The translations under genes were made by a program, and so were the position numbers. Source: an uncultured Clostridia bacterium (GTDB taxonomy: Bacteria; Bacillota; Clostridia; Christensenellales; Borkfalkiaceae). Taken from it: a stretch of 31,193 nucleotides of DNA. This document shows positions 1 to 8,607 of this stretch, piece after piece (position 1 is the first letter of the stretch; each line of letters begins with the position of its first letter). The stretch spans positions 1 through 31,193 of the forward strand of contig CAZRAS010000001.1 of assembly GCA_964598045.1 (NCBI GenBank), given 5' to 3'. The notes below the pieces were generated by a model. The model did not search any database. It saw nothing but the letters and a program-made list of their open reading frames with translations, and had not been told where the DNA came from.

Positions 1-2
1 TA

Positions 3-1058
3 CGTGCCTCCACGACGAAAATGGCACAATCACGCAGACTTGCCTTAGAAAAAATGGAGCTGATCGAAAAACCCATGCTTCCCCCTCCGCCCCCTCGTTT
101 TTCTTTCGGCTACGCCGATAAACCTTACGAACGCGTGTTGGAAGTCAACGATATGCAATTACGCGCAGGCGAAAAAGTTCTTTTGGAAAAGGCATCTTTT
201 TCTTTAACGCGAGGAGAAAAATGCGCCGTCGTCGGAGATAACGGCACAGGCAAATCCACCCTCATCAAAGAGCTTGTCAAAGGGAAAAATCCTGCCATAC
301 GATTGGGCAGATTTGTTAAAATCGCCTGCTACGATCAAGAAAACGCCAACCTCGACCTTAATGAAACGGTACTCGGCGAGCTTTGGGGAAGACACGTCGG
401 TTGGGAACAAACACGCATCCGAAATATTTTGGCACAAGCGGGGTTGGTCGCCGAAGATATGGACAAAAAAGTACGTATGCTTTCGGGCGGCGAACGAGCA
501 AAACTCGCCCTTGCCGTATTTGAATGCGAAAACGGAAACTTTCTGGTTTTGGACGAACCGACCAACCATCTCGACCTCGCAGCAAAAGAAAGCCTCGAAG
601 CTGCATTAAAAGCCTTTGACGGCACCATTCTGTTCGTGTCGCACGACCGATATTTCATCCGTGCTTTAGCGGGGAAAATTTTAGAGTTCGAAGACGGCAA
701 GCTCAATTCTTTCACAGGCTCCTACGACGAATACACCGCGCAAAAACAATCGGCAAAATCTCAGGACCGAAACGGTAATTCAACCCCGATCCCCAACCTT
801 TCGACAAAATCCAACAAAGCGGACGGATATTATCGAAGCAAAGAAGAGCGAGCCGCCGATGCGCGCAAGCGTACTCGTATTAAAAAAATAGAGGAAGAAA
901 TCGCCTCCCTCGAAGAGGAAGACGTGACCCTCAACGAGCAGTTGTCCGATCCTCTCGTCACCGCCGATTTCACCCGCCTCACGGACATATGTAATCGCAT
1001 CGAAAAAATCAAAAACGAGCTCGACGCCCTCTACACCGAATATGAAACACTCATCTAA
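3..1058 (+). CDS. ABC-F family ATPase (Uup/YdiF-like), 5'-truncated by the window edge
   Basis: Frame is open from base 3 (RASTTKMAQSRR..., the inter-NBD linker). Walker A GDNGTGKS, signature LSGGE, Walker B LVLDEPTNHLD, C-terminal coiled coil, no TM segments. Confidence 0.92.
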   Translation, partial: RASTTKMAQSRRLALEKMELIEKPMLPPPPPRFSFGYADKPYERVLEVNDMQLRAGEKVLLEKASFSLTRGEKCAVVGDNGTGKSTLIKELVKGKNPAIRLGRFVKIACYDQENANLDLNETVLGELWGRHVGWEQTRIRNILAQAGLVAEDMDKKVRMLSGGERAKLALAVFECENGNFLVLDEPTNHLDLAAKESLEAALKAFDGTILFVSHDRYFIRALAGKILEFEDGKLNSFTGSYDEYTAQKQSAKSQDRNGNSTPIPNLSTKSNKADGYYRSKEERAADARKRTRIKKIEEEIASLEEEDVTLNEQLSDPLVTADFTRLTDICNRIEKIKNELDALYTEYETLI

Positions 1059-1088
1059 AAAATAATTTCAAAAATTTTGTAAAAACCC

Positions 1089-1117
1089 TTGACAAATTCC
1101 TCACAATATGATATCAT
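1089..1117 (+). promoter_or_regulatory. sigma-A promoter of the SPFH operon, with palindrome ATGATATCAT over the -10
   Basis: TTGACA (1089-1094), 17 nt, TATCAT (1112-1117), extended TG at 1109-1110; palindrome at 1108-1117. Confidence 0.8.
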
Positions 1118-1151
1118 TTATATATCAAAAACATATTTGGAGGTACATAAT

Positions 1152-2177
1152 ATGCAAGAAGTTATTTTAACCAACAAAAAACACGGTATGGCAGTATTAG
1201 TCAGCTGTATTCTTGTTTTGTTTCTCGCCTTCGTCGGATTTCTCAGCGGCATCATCATAAACGAGAACGCCGATTCCGGCTCAAACGACGGAGTAGCGCT
1301 CATCATCGTATCCTTGGTCGTCTTGTGCTTGGCATGGATTCCCCTCGTCGGTCTCCGTGTCTTAAAGCCGCAAGAGGCACTCGTTTTGACCTTATTCGGC
1401 AACTATGTCGGCACGTTGAAGGGAGAAGGTTTTTACGCCATCAACCCTTTCTGTGTCTCCGTCAATCCTGCCGCAACGACCAAACTCAATCAAAGCGGCG
1501 ACGTAAAAAATGTAACAGCTCTTTCCTTGGAAGATGCCGTGAATACAGCCATGGTACGTCCCAATAAGAAAATTTCTCTTAAAATCATGACGTTGAACAA
1601 TAACCGCCAAAAGATCAACGATTGCCTTGGCAATCCCGTAGAAATCGGCATTGCGGTAACGTGGAAGGTGGTTAACACCGCAAAAGCGGCGTTTAACGTT
1701 GACAACTACAAGGAATATCTTTCCTTACAATGCGACAGTGCTTTAAGAAATATCGTACGCATTTATCCCTACGACGTGGCGCCCAACGTCGATACGACGG
1801 GAGACGGAATTGCAGACGAAGGAAGTTTGCGAGGTTCGAGCGAAGTGGTTGCTTCCCGCATTCGCAACGAAATTCAAGCACGCGTAAACGATGCAGGTAT
1901 CGAAATCGTCGAAGCGCGCATCACCTATCTTGCTTATGCACCCGAAATCGCAGCGGTCATGTTGCAACGCCAGCAAGCTTCCGCCATCATCGACGCAAGG
2001 AAAATGATCGTAGACGGTGCGGTAGGTATGGTGGAAATGGCACTCGAACGCTTAAACGAAAGCGGCATGGTACATTTGGACGAAGAAAGAAAAGCGGCGA
2101 TGGTTTCCAATCTCTTGGTCGTCCTCTGCGGCAATCACGACGCGCAACCCGTCGTCAACACAAGCAGTTTATATTAA
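1152..2177 (+). CDS. SPFH/band-7 (stomatin-prohibitin-flotillin-HflK/C) domain membrane protein
   Basis: Two N-terminal TM helices, then SPFH core (KIND..GNPVEIG..VTW, ARITYLAYAPEIAAVMLQRQQA). Start moved to ATG 1152 after SD GGAGGT (1139-1144). Confidence 0.92.
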   Translation: MQEVILTNKKHGMAVLVSCILVLFLAFVGFLSGIIINENADSGSNDGVALIIVSLVVLCLAWIPLVGLRVLKPQEALVLTLFGNYVGTLKGEGFYAINPFCVSVNPAATTKLNQSGDVKNVTALSLEDAVNTAMVRPNKKISLKIMTLNNNRQKINDCLGNPVEIGIAVTWKVVNTAKAAFNVDNYKEYLSLQCDSALRNIVRIYPYDVAPNVDTTGDGIADEGSLRGSSEVVASRIRNEIQARVNDAGIEIVEARITYLAYAPEIAAVMLQRQQASAIIDARKMIVDGAVGMVEMALERLNESGMVHLDEERKAAMVSNLLVVLCGNHDAQPVVNTSSLY

Positions 2178-2255
2178 TAAAAGGGTGAAACACGCCGAAA
2201 AAACAGAAAAAATATAAAGATAAAACCATAAAATAACGAAGGCAGGTATGAGATT

Positions 2256-2459
2256 ATGGACGAAAATGAAAAAAAGCAAGTCCCCTTACGCTTATCTAAA
2301 AAACTATATAATGCAATCGCGGCGTGGGCGGAGGACGACTTTCGTTCGGTAAACGGTCAAATCGAATATCTACTGTCGGAGTGCGTGCGCCAACGCAAGA
2401 AAAACGGCAAATATGTTTCCGACGAAATAGACGTTCCGCCCGATCTAAACATCGAATAA
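2256..2459 (+). CDS. Arc-like ribbon-helix-helix DNA-binding protein
   Basis: KQVPLRL beta-ribbon followed by helix-helix ending RSVNGQIEYLL, typical of the Arc/Mnt family; directly downstream of the SPFH gene. Confidence 0.85.
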   Translation: MDENEKKQVPLRLSKKLYNAIAAWAEDDFRSVNGQIEYLLSECVRQRKKNGKYVSDEIDVPPDLNIE

Positions 2460-2472
2460 CCGATAAAAGAGA

Positions 2473-2504
2473 AAAACACCTTGCGAGCTCTCGCAAGGTG
2501 TTTT
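2473..2504. terminator. Bidirectional intrinsic terminator
   Basis: AAAACACCTTGCGAG-ct-CTCGCAAGGTGTTTT perfect inverted repeat between convergent genes. Confidence 0.85.
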
Positions 2505-2516
2505 ATCATCTACTTT

Positions 2517-3530
2517 TTATTTGCTTTCTGCATACTTATAGGCATAGATATGATAACCGGAGGTGAATTTCCCGAAAATATACTTATTGCAGGCAGATTC
2601 ATTCATGATATAAATCTTGCCGTCCAAATAGACGAGTTCTTCAGACATAGGAGGCGCCTGAATCGTATCCACGAGGCTTGCGCTGTCCAAATAGGAAACG
2701 GAAAGATTTTCAAAGCTAAACGCTTCTCCGCCGCTCGTCTTCCCAGCAAAGGTGTATCCCGTATAAACGCTCACTTTATCCAAATCGTACACAAGCAAAC
2801 GGGAAGCGGAAAGTCCGTAGGAGGTCGAAAGCACGATTTTATTGTCATCCGTAAAACACATCCCCTGCACGCAATCTGTTGTGGAAATAACTGCAACGGG
2901 GGTAGGATTCACACCAAATCGGCTTCCTTCATTCATCTTAAACACGGTAATAACGGACGTGTTTTTATCTCCGCCCGGCGTTTCCATACGTTCGTGCGCA
3001 GGCGTTTCATAATCTTCTGCAATGTAGAAAGTACCTGCGTACAAATACCCCTCTTGAATATAGCAATGAGCAGGCGTATTATACGTATTGATAAGTCCGA
3101 GCATTTTCGCACTCTTCCCGGAACGAATATCCGCATACGAGAATACGGCAAGTCCGCCCGTGTGGGTGATATATACGTATTCCCCGTCACATTCGATGCC
3201 GCCGACGTGTCCGTTATACACGCTGCCGTCTTCATTCAAAAGCTCGGTGTAAAAGGATTTCCCTTCCTCATCCACTACGTATACGCGAGAAGACTTCGTA
3301 GCGTCTGTCATATAGCTCGTCACGAGGAACACCTTATCTTTCTCCACGTAGTCGAATCCCTGCTGTACGGCACCGTCGTTGGAACCGGGGGTCGCGAAAG
3401 TCTTTTCGCTGTTGGAATAGAAGTCTTTCATCCAAATACGTTCTCCAAAGTGCACAACGCCAAGGACGAGCACAACGAGACATATAAGTATGACGACGAT
3501 TTTTAAAATTCCTTTCAAAAATTTCTTCAT
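2517..3530 (-). CDS. Secreted or membrane-anchored hypothetical protein, probably beta-propeller-like
   Basis: N-terminal basic plus hydrophobic segment, repeated short beta-strand pattern. SD AAAGGAAAGG; promoter TTGACA-N17-TAGTAT at 3595-3567. Confidence 0.7.
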   Translation of the reverse strand: MKKFLKGILKIVVILICLVVLVLGVVHFGERIWMKDFYSNSEKTFATPGSNDGAVQQGFDYVEKDKVFLVTSYMTDATKSSRVYVVDEEGKSFYTELLNEDGSVYNGHVGGIECDGEYVYITHTGGLAVFSYADIRSGKSAKMLGLINTYNTPAHCYIQEGYLYAGTFYIAEDYETPAHERMETPGGDKNTSVITVFKMNEGSRFGVNPTPVAVISTTDCVQGMCFTDDNKIVLSTSYGLSASRLLVYDLDKVSVYTGYTFAGKTSGGEAFSFENLSVSYLDSASLVDTIQAPPMSEELVYLDGKIYIMNESACNKYIFGKFTSGYHIYAYKYAESK

Positions 3531-3771
3531 ATTGTTTTTACCTTTCCTTTGGTATTTTGTGCCTTTATACTATCACTTTCTCTCGTAAATGTCAAGTAAA
3601 TCGTCGGCAATAAAAAATTAAACGGGCATACCATGTATGCGTTCAAAAAAATTTCTCCATTTTTTCACAAATATATTATCGATTTTTCTCTCGACTTTTG
3701 CTTTTTTTTCGACAGCGTATCCCCTCTTTCGAGCGCGTTGGACAAAATCTTGCATTTTCATAATCCATGCG

Positions 3772-3801
3772 TTGACAAACAATCGACGAGTGTGTTATAA
3801 T
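3772..3801 (+). promoter_or_regulatory. sigma-A promoter of the decarboxylase gene
   Basis: TTGACA (3772-3777), 18 nt, TATAAT (3796-3801) with extended TG; only 9 nt before ATG 3811. Confidence 0.75.
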
Positions 3802-3810
3802 ATTTTTACT

Positions 3811-4989
3811 ATGGAAGATTTTTGGAAACCGAACTTAAAAGAATACACCGAACAGCTCAAATCGAACGCCACTGCCAAGGAAGCGGCTGCCTTTTACGAC
3901 AAAAACCGTCAAGCCGCGCGGTATATGTTCGGGTACCCTGCTTATTTCAACCCCATTTCTCCCCTGACGCAACATCTGTTGCTCATGCACTATGCCTCCC
4001 CGTTCTCCAACAATTGCGGAGACATCGAAGAGCGCGGCAACTACGCCATGGATACGAAAGACATCGAACGTCGTATCGTAGAATTATACGCAAAAAAATT
4101 CGGCATGGGCAAAAATTTCTGGGGCTACGTCACAAGCGGCGGCTCGGAGAGCAACTCCTGCGGCATCGCTTTGGCATTCGCTAAAAATCCAAACGGGATT
4201 TTATACTACTCAGCATCTGCCCACTATTCCGTGGAAAAATATGCCGATCGTTACCCCCACGTCGAAATTCCCACAATCGGGAAGGATGTCATGGACTTAC
4301 CACGACTGTTCGAACGCATTGAAAAAAACTATCGCGTGAAAGGTGCCGCCGCCAATCTCGTACTCACCCACGGTACGACCAAATACGGGGTGTGCGACAA
4401 CGTGGACGCCGTCGTCGATTTCCTTCGCGAGAAGAATATCCCCTATTATATCCACGTAGACGCAGCACTGTTCGGGGGAATCCCCAACAACCAAACGGAC
4501 GCCCCTTTATTTTTGAACGCAAAGGAACGCGGCGTCAATTCCGTTTGCGTGAGTATGCATAAATACGTGGGTTTTCCCGACGTTCACTCGGTATTTGTCG
4601 CCTCGGAGAAGCCACAGGGCAGAAACGTCGCCTACATCGGGCAAAAGGACACCACCGTTTCCGGTTCCCGTTCCATCCCCGCCTTTGCACTCTATAACCA
4701 TATCGTAGAACAGATGAATCAGCCGCAAACAGACCTTTATAAACGCAACATTGTCTTCTTTGAAGGGCTTTTGAAAGAGTACGGCATCAAATTTCACCGC
4801 GCGCCTCTTTCCAACATCTTCGTCATTGCAGAGCCGAGCGAGCAAACAGCGAAAAAATATCAACTCTCCTGTTTTGAAGAAATGGAAAACGGGGAGTTTA
4901 TCCCTAAGGCGCATATCATCGTCTTTCCCACCCATCGGGAAGGGGAAATGCGAGAGTTGGTTACAGACTTACAACGGGATTTTTCTTAA
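3811..4989 (+). CDS. Group II PLP-dependent amino-acid decarboxylase, histidine/serine decarboxylase family
   Basis: GYP..NNCGD, WGYVTSGGSESN, HYSV, GTT, HVDAAL, PLP-lysine motif SMHK, DTTVSGSR. 392 aa from ATG 3811; the longer ORF-track start at 3637 runs through the promoter. Confidence 0.88.
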   Translation: MEDFWKPNLKEYTEQLKSNATAKEAAAFYDKNRQAARYMFGYPAYFNPISPLTQHLLLMHYASPFSNNCGDIEERGNYAMDTKDIERRIVELYAKKFGMGKNFWGYVTSGGSESNSCGIALAFAKNPNGILYYSASAHYSVEKYADRYPHVEIPTIGKDVMDLPRLFERIEKNYRVKGAAANLVLTHGTTKYGVCDNVDAVVDFLREKNIPYYIHVDAALFGGIPNNQTDAPLFLNAKERGVNSVCVSMHKYVGFPDVHSVFVASEKPQGRNVAYIGQKDTTVSGSRSIPAFALYNHIVEQMNQPQTDLYKRNIVFFEGLLKEYGIKFHRAPLSNIFVIAEPSEQTAKKYQLSCFEEMENGEFIPKAHIIVFPTHREGEMRELVTDLQRDFS

Positions 4990-5020
4990 GCCATCGACTT
5001 TAATCGAGAAAAAAAAATGA

Positions 5021-5063
5021 AGGACTGATAAGCGTTCAACGCTTACCTGTCCCTTTCTTTTTT
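5021..5063 (+). terminator. Intrinsic terminator after the decarboxylase
   Basis: GGAC..TAAGCG-ttcaa-CGCTTA..GTCC followed by a T-rich tract. Confidence 0.6.
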
Positions 5064-5143
5064 ATATTCATCGCAAACATCACACTTCCAAAGCGACAGC
5101 CGCATACAGCTCGCTCCTACGGGCAAAGCATCCTCGAATGAAA

Positions 5144-5869
5144 TTATACGTCCTTGACGTGATCGAAATAGAGTTGATTCACCTCATCGCAAAAACGCTG
5201 AGCAATCTGATATCTGTCCAATCCCTGTTTGACAAAATCCTGCACGAAGAGTGCTCTACCGATCACCATGATTCGTTTTTTAATGCTGTAATACACAGGA
5301 TAGACGGGCAAATCCTCTTTTGACACTCGATGATATTTTTCGGCAAGCATTACAAACCCGGGGAAAAATTCCGTCAGCACGTCTTTATATCCTTCGTTGG
5401 AATTTTCGGGAAAGATCATCACCGACATATCCGCATTCAACACCTGCACACTCTCACGAAGCGTCAAAGCAAAACGAGCGTCGGGATAGGTCGGAAGCAT
5501 ACGCATTCCGCGATAGACGAAAGGATTGAAAATCGCCATGAACGCAGTCTTGAAAGAGTTGATAAATCCGGGTTTTTTACCGCACTTTTGAATATAGAGC
5601 ACGTCACGAAGATACGCCATTCTGCTTTTGAACCCCTCGAACATTTGATACGCACCCCATTTTGCACAAGTCACCGGATAGTACAAATCAAAGCTTGGCG
5701 GACCGCTCTTTGCCGAATGGTTGGCAAGAATAATACTCTTTTTCGGTAGTTCTCCGGCGAGGTTGATAATCTTGGGTTTTCTAAAAATCAAACGCATCAC
5801 GGTATTTTTGAATGCAGCATAAAGTTTACTCGTTTTCGTCGGCACTTGAAATTCTTTTTTCTTTTCCAC
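5144..5869 (-). CDS. PlsC-fold (lysophospholipid/glycerol) acyltransferase-like protein with non-canonical motif I
   Basis: ILANHSAKSGP (HX4G instead of HX4D), MIFPEN block, PVYPVY. GTG start directly after the DegV stop with SD GGAGG. Confidence 0.72.
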   Translation of the reverse strand: MEKKKEFQVPTKTSKLYAAFKNTVMRLIFRKPKIINLAGELPKKSIILANHSAKSGPPSFDLYYPVTCAKWGAYQMFEGFKSRMAYLRDVLYIQKCGKKPGFINSFKTAFMAIFNPFVYRGMRMLPTYPDARFALTLRESVQVLNADMSVMIFPENSNEGYKDVLTEFFPGFVMLAEKYHRVSKEDLPVYPVYYSIKKRIMVIGRALFVQDFVKQGLDRYQIAQRFCDEVNQLYFDHVKDV

Positions 5870-6766
5870 TTAAACCTCCGCATTCTCCGTCACTTTGGAA
5901 CCGTAATAATAGAAACTCATAACGCCGGGACCGCAAGTAGCACCGATGATAGGACCTATGCGATCGATTCGCACGAGGCTTTCGTCCACGCCGAGCGTCG
6001 CAATGGCCATCTCTTTCAGTTCCTTCGCTTCCTCTTCGCAATCCCCGTGCGCAACGACGATTTCAGGATATTTCCTTCCGTCATACGTAGCTTTCATACG
6101 TTCCACCAAACGTGTGAAAGCCACCTTTCTGCCCTTAACCTTTTCCACGGCAAAATTCTGTCCGATTGCATCCGAAATAATAATCGGCTTTACGTTGAGC
6201 AAACCGCCGAAGAAGGCACTTGCCGCACTGACTCTGCCTGCTTGTTTGAGCCAGGTAAGCTTTTCCACCGTCGCCTCCTGATGGAAATTCAATTTATTTT
6301 CTTCCACCCAAGCCGCCACTTCTTCCAGACTCTTCCCTTCGCTGCGAAGCTTGGAAGCGTTGATACAAATCATACCCAAACCGGCGCAAGAAATCAATGA
6401 ATCGATGCAATAAATTTTTGCCTCGGGATAACTTTTCAAAATCTCCTCACGAGCTTGCTCGCTGGCTCTGACGGAAGCGGACAACTTGGATGAGCAAGAA
6501 ACGGAAAGGATTCCGAAGCCTTCTTTTACGTATTTTTCAAACACTTCCTTATACTGCGAAACGTTTACCTGTGCCGTAATGAAACGTGTGCCGTTTCTCA
6601 TTTTATTATAATAATCCGAGAAAGAAATTTCTCCCCAATCGAGATCGGCATCATAATCCTTCCCGTTTTCACTGAAATGCATGGGAAGATATTCGATTTG
6701 ATATCGTTCGCGCGCCGATTTATCCAAGTCGCTGCAAGAATCTGTCAAAATAATAAATTTTTCCAT
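5870..6766 (-). CDS. fakB: DegV family fatty-acid-binding protein (fatty acid kinase subunit B)
   Basis: ILTDSCSDL, TAQ, SSKLSAS, IDS, L..AGRVS, VKPII, IGATCGPG DegV motifs; downstream of fakA. Confidence 0.88.
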   Translation of the reverse strand: MEKFIILTDSCSDLDKSARERYQIEYLPMHFSENGKDYDADLDWGEISFSDYYNKMRNGTRFITAQVNVSQYKEVFEKYVKEGFGILSVSCSSKLSASVRASEQAREEILKSYPEAKIYCIDSLISCAGLGMICINASKLRSEGKSLEEVAAWVEENKLNFHQEATVEKLTWLKQAGRVSAASAFFGGLLNVKPIIISDAIGQNFAVEKVKGRKVAFTRLVERMKATYDGRKYPEIVVAHGDCEEEAKELKEMAIATLGVDESLVRIDRIGPIIGATCGPGVMSFYYYGSKVTENAEV

Positions 6767-6795
6767 ATTTATTTCCTCCTGTTTGTCTTTTCTCT

Positions 6796-8463
6796 TTATT
6801 CAATAATCAACAAGAAGTCGTACACGTCCTGACCACCGTCGATTGCATACCTTTCCACATTCGGATAAGTAGCACCCATGTATGCGTTGAGCTCTTCTTT
6901 TTCTGCTTCTGTTACCGTTTTTCCATAGACGACGATCAGAAACTCTTTTTCCCTTACGCCAAGCTTTTCCGTAAGTGCGCAAACAGCCGCCAACTTGCTT
7001 TCCTTGCAGACGTACATGGTATGGTCGGTAAAGCCCATGTATCCGTCTTTCTTCACTTCCACACCGTTAAGCTCGGTGTCGCGTACGGAGCGCGCAACCA
7101 TACCCGTAATCGTATCTTGCATGCTCTCCGTCAAGATTTTTTCGATCTCTTCCGGATCGTCGGACGCATAATCGAGCATCGACAACGCCGAATACCCCTG
7201 TCCCACGTTCTTACTCTCGATGACGTGGATTTTAGAGGTCTCGTAAATATTCGCAGCTTGTTTTGCCGCCATCACGACGTTGCCGTTGTTGGGCAAAACA
7301 AAGACGTGATCCGCATTCACTTCCTCAAACGCCGTCAAAAAGCTCTCCGCCGAAGGATTGTTGGTTTGACCGCCCGCAATCACGTAATCGGCGCCCATTT
7401 CCTTGAACGTCGTTGCCAATCCCTCACCAGAAGCCACTACGACGGTTGCGTATTTTCTGCGCGCCCGTTTGAATTTCTTAAACGTCCTTTTCTTTTCTGT
7501 CGTATCGTTGTGTTGCAAGGTCATATTTTCGATTTTCACCGTCAAGAATTCCCCGAACTTTTGACAATATTGCAACACTTTCCACGGCTCCATCGTATGT
7601 ACGTGAATTTTAATCACCGTGCCCGTACGGAATGCCACGATGGAATTTCCTACACTCTCCAAAAAGGCAGTCAATTCCTCCACGGAAAAAGCGTCCACAT
7701 CCGTTTTGCAACGTTGCAGCTGCAACAACGTTTCGGTGCAATACCCGAATTCCATCACGGAATTTTCGTTAAACTTGGACAAATCCAATGTCTTTACCGT
7801 ATGTACGGAGGAAAGCGCAAGCTCGTGCTCCGTCTCCTCGCCGCCGAGTGCTTTACAAAATCCCTCGGTGATATAAACAAGTCCTGCGCCGCCGCTGTCG
7901 ATCACGCCGGCTTCTTTCAACACTGCCAACAGATTCGGCGTCTTTTCCAAGGACGTTTTCATCTCGGAAAGATATCCGGAGAAAAACTCCTCTATGCCTA
8001 CGTCGTGACTACATTTTGCACAAGCGTTTTCCACCGCTTCGCGTGCCACCGTCAAAATTGTGCCCTCCACGGGATGCGCAACCGCTCCGTATGCGCATTT
8101 CACCCCTTGTTTGAGTGCGGAACCGAACTGACGAACGTCTGCTCTTTCCAAACCAAGCAACCCTTCCGAAAGTCCGTAAAAAAGCTGGGACAGAATTACC
8201 CCGGAGTTTCCTCGCGCGCCAAGCAACATCCCTTGCGCCATCGCGCTTGCTTTGTCGCAAAGAAGAGAACTTTTTTCTCCTTTCAAACGTTCCAAGCCGC
8301 CCCGTAAAGTCAAATACATATTTTCACCCGTGTCTCCGTCCGGAATCGGGAATACGTTCAAATCGTTTACCTCTTGCAAATTATCCTGCAAATTTTTGGC
8401 ACCGCCGAGCACCATCTTCACAAACAACTCGCCGTCGATCATTTTTCTTTCCGTTGAAACCAA
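6796..8463 (-). CDS. fakA: DAK2-domain fusion protein, fatty acid kinase catalytic subunit
   Basis: LNVFPIPDGDTGENM, GARGNSGVILSQ, EGTILTVARE, VIDSGGAG, YCTE, KIHVHT, GGQTNNPS. Likely TTG start at 8463, 7 nt after SD AAGGAG. Confidence 0.9.
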   Translation of the reverse strand: MVSTERKMIDGELFVKMVLGGAKNLQDNLQEVNDLNVFPIPDGDTGENMYLTLRGGLERLKGEKSSLLCDKASAMAQGMLLGARGNSGVILSQLFYGLSEGLLGLERADVRQFGSALKQGVKCAYGAVAHPVEGTILTVAREAVENACAKCSHDVGIEEFFSGYLSEMKTSLEKTPNLLAVLKEAGVIDSGGAGLVYITEGFCKALGGEETEHELALSSVHTVKTLDLSKFNENSVMEFGYCTETLLQLQRCKTDVDAFSVEELTAFLESVGNSIVAFRTGTVIKIHVHTMEPWKVLQYCQKFGEFLTVKIENMTLQHNDTTEKKRTFKKFKRARRKYATVVVASGEGLATTFKEMGADYVIAGGQTNNPSAESFLTAFEEVNADHVFVLPNNGNVVMAAKQAANIYETSKIHVIESKNVGQGYSALSMLDYASDDPEEIEKILTESMQDTITGMVARSVRDTELNGVEVKKDGYMGFTDHTMYVCKESKLAAVCALTEKLGVREKEFLIVVYGKTVTEAEKEELNAYMGATYPNVERYAIDGGQDVYDFLLIIE

Positions 8464-8518
8464 AGATATACTCCTTTTTTTGCATAGTTGCAAAATAAAT
8501 TTCTTTGTCGATAGGATG

Positions 8519-8547
8519 ATTGTAACATATTTTTATGACTTTTTCAA
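8519..8547 (-). promoter_or_regulatory. sigma-A promoter of the fakA-fakB-acyltransferase operon
   Basis: TTGAAA-N17-TACAAT with extended TG on the minus strand. Confidence 0.65.
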
Positions 8548-8568
8548 CTGTTTTACAGGACAAAAATA

Positions 8569-8607
8569 AAAAAACTCGTCAAACGGAGTCCTTTTGACGA
8601 GTTTTTT
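8569..8607 (-). terminator. Intrinsic terminator overlapping the end of the CrtO-like gene
   Basis: 15-bp perfect arms AAAAAACTCGTCAAA / TTTGACGAGTTTTTT with a 9-nt loop; U-tract on the minus strand. Confidence 0.75.

Noticed and set aside
3637-3810. N-terminal extension of the decarboxylase ORF (likewise SPFH 1089, fakA 8493, pnuC 16389, MerR 20615)
   Set aside because: Extensions run through promoters or terminators or lack an SD; downstream starts fit RBS position and family length better.
7021-8307. 428-aa plus-strand ORF (similarly 2481-3506, 9407-10474, 10774-11643 and 29865-30902)
   Set aside because: All lie antisense to well-supported genes and have non-protein-like composition.
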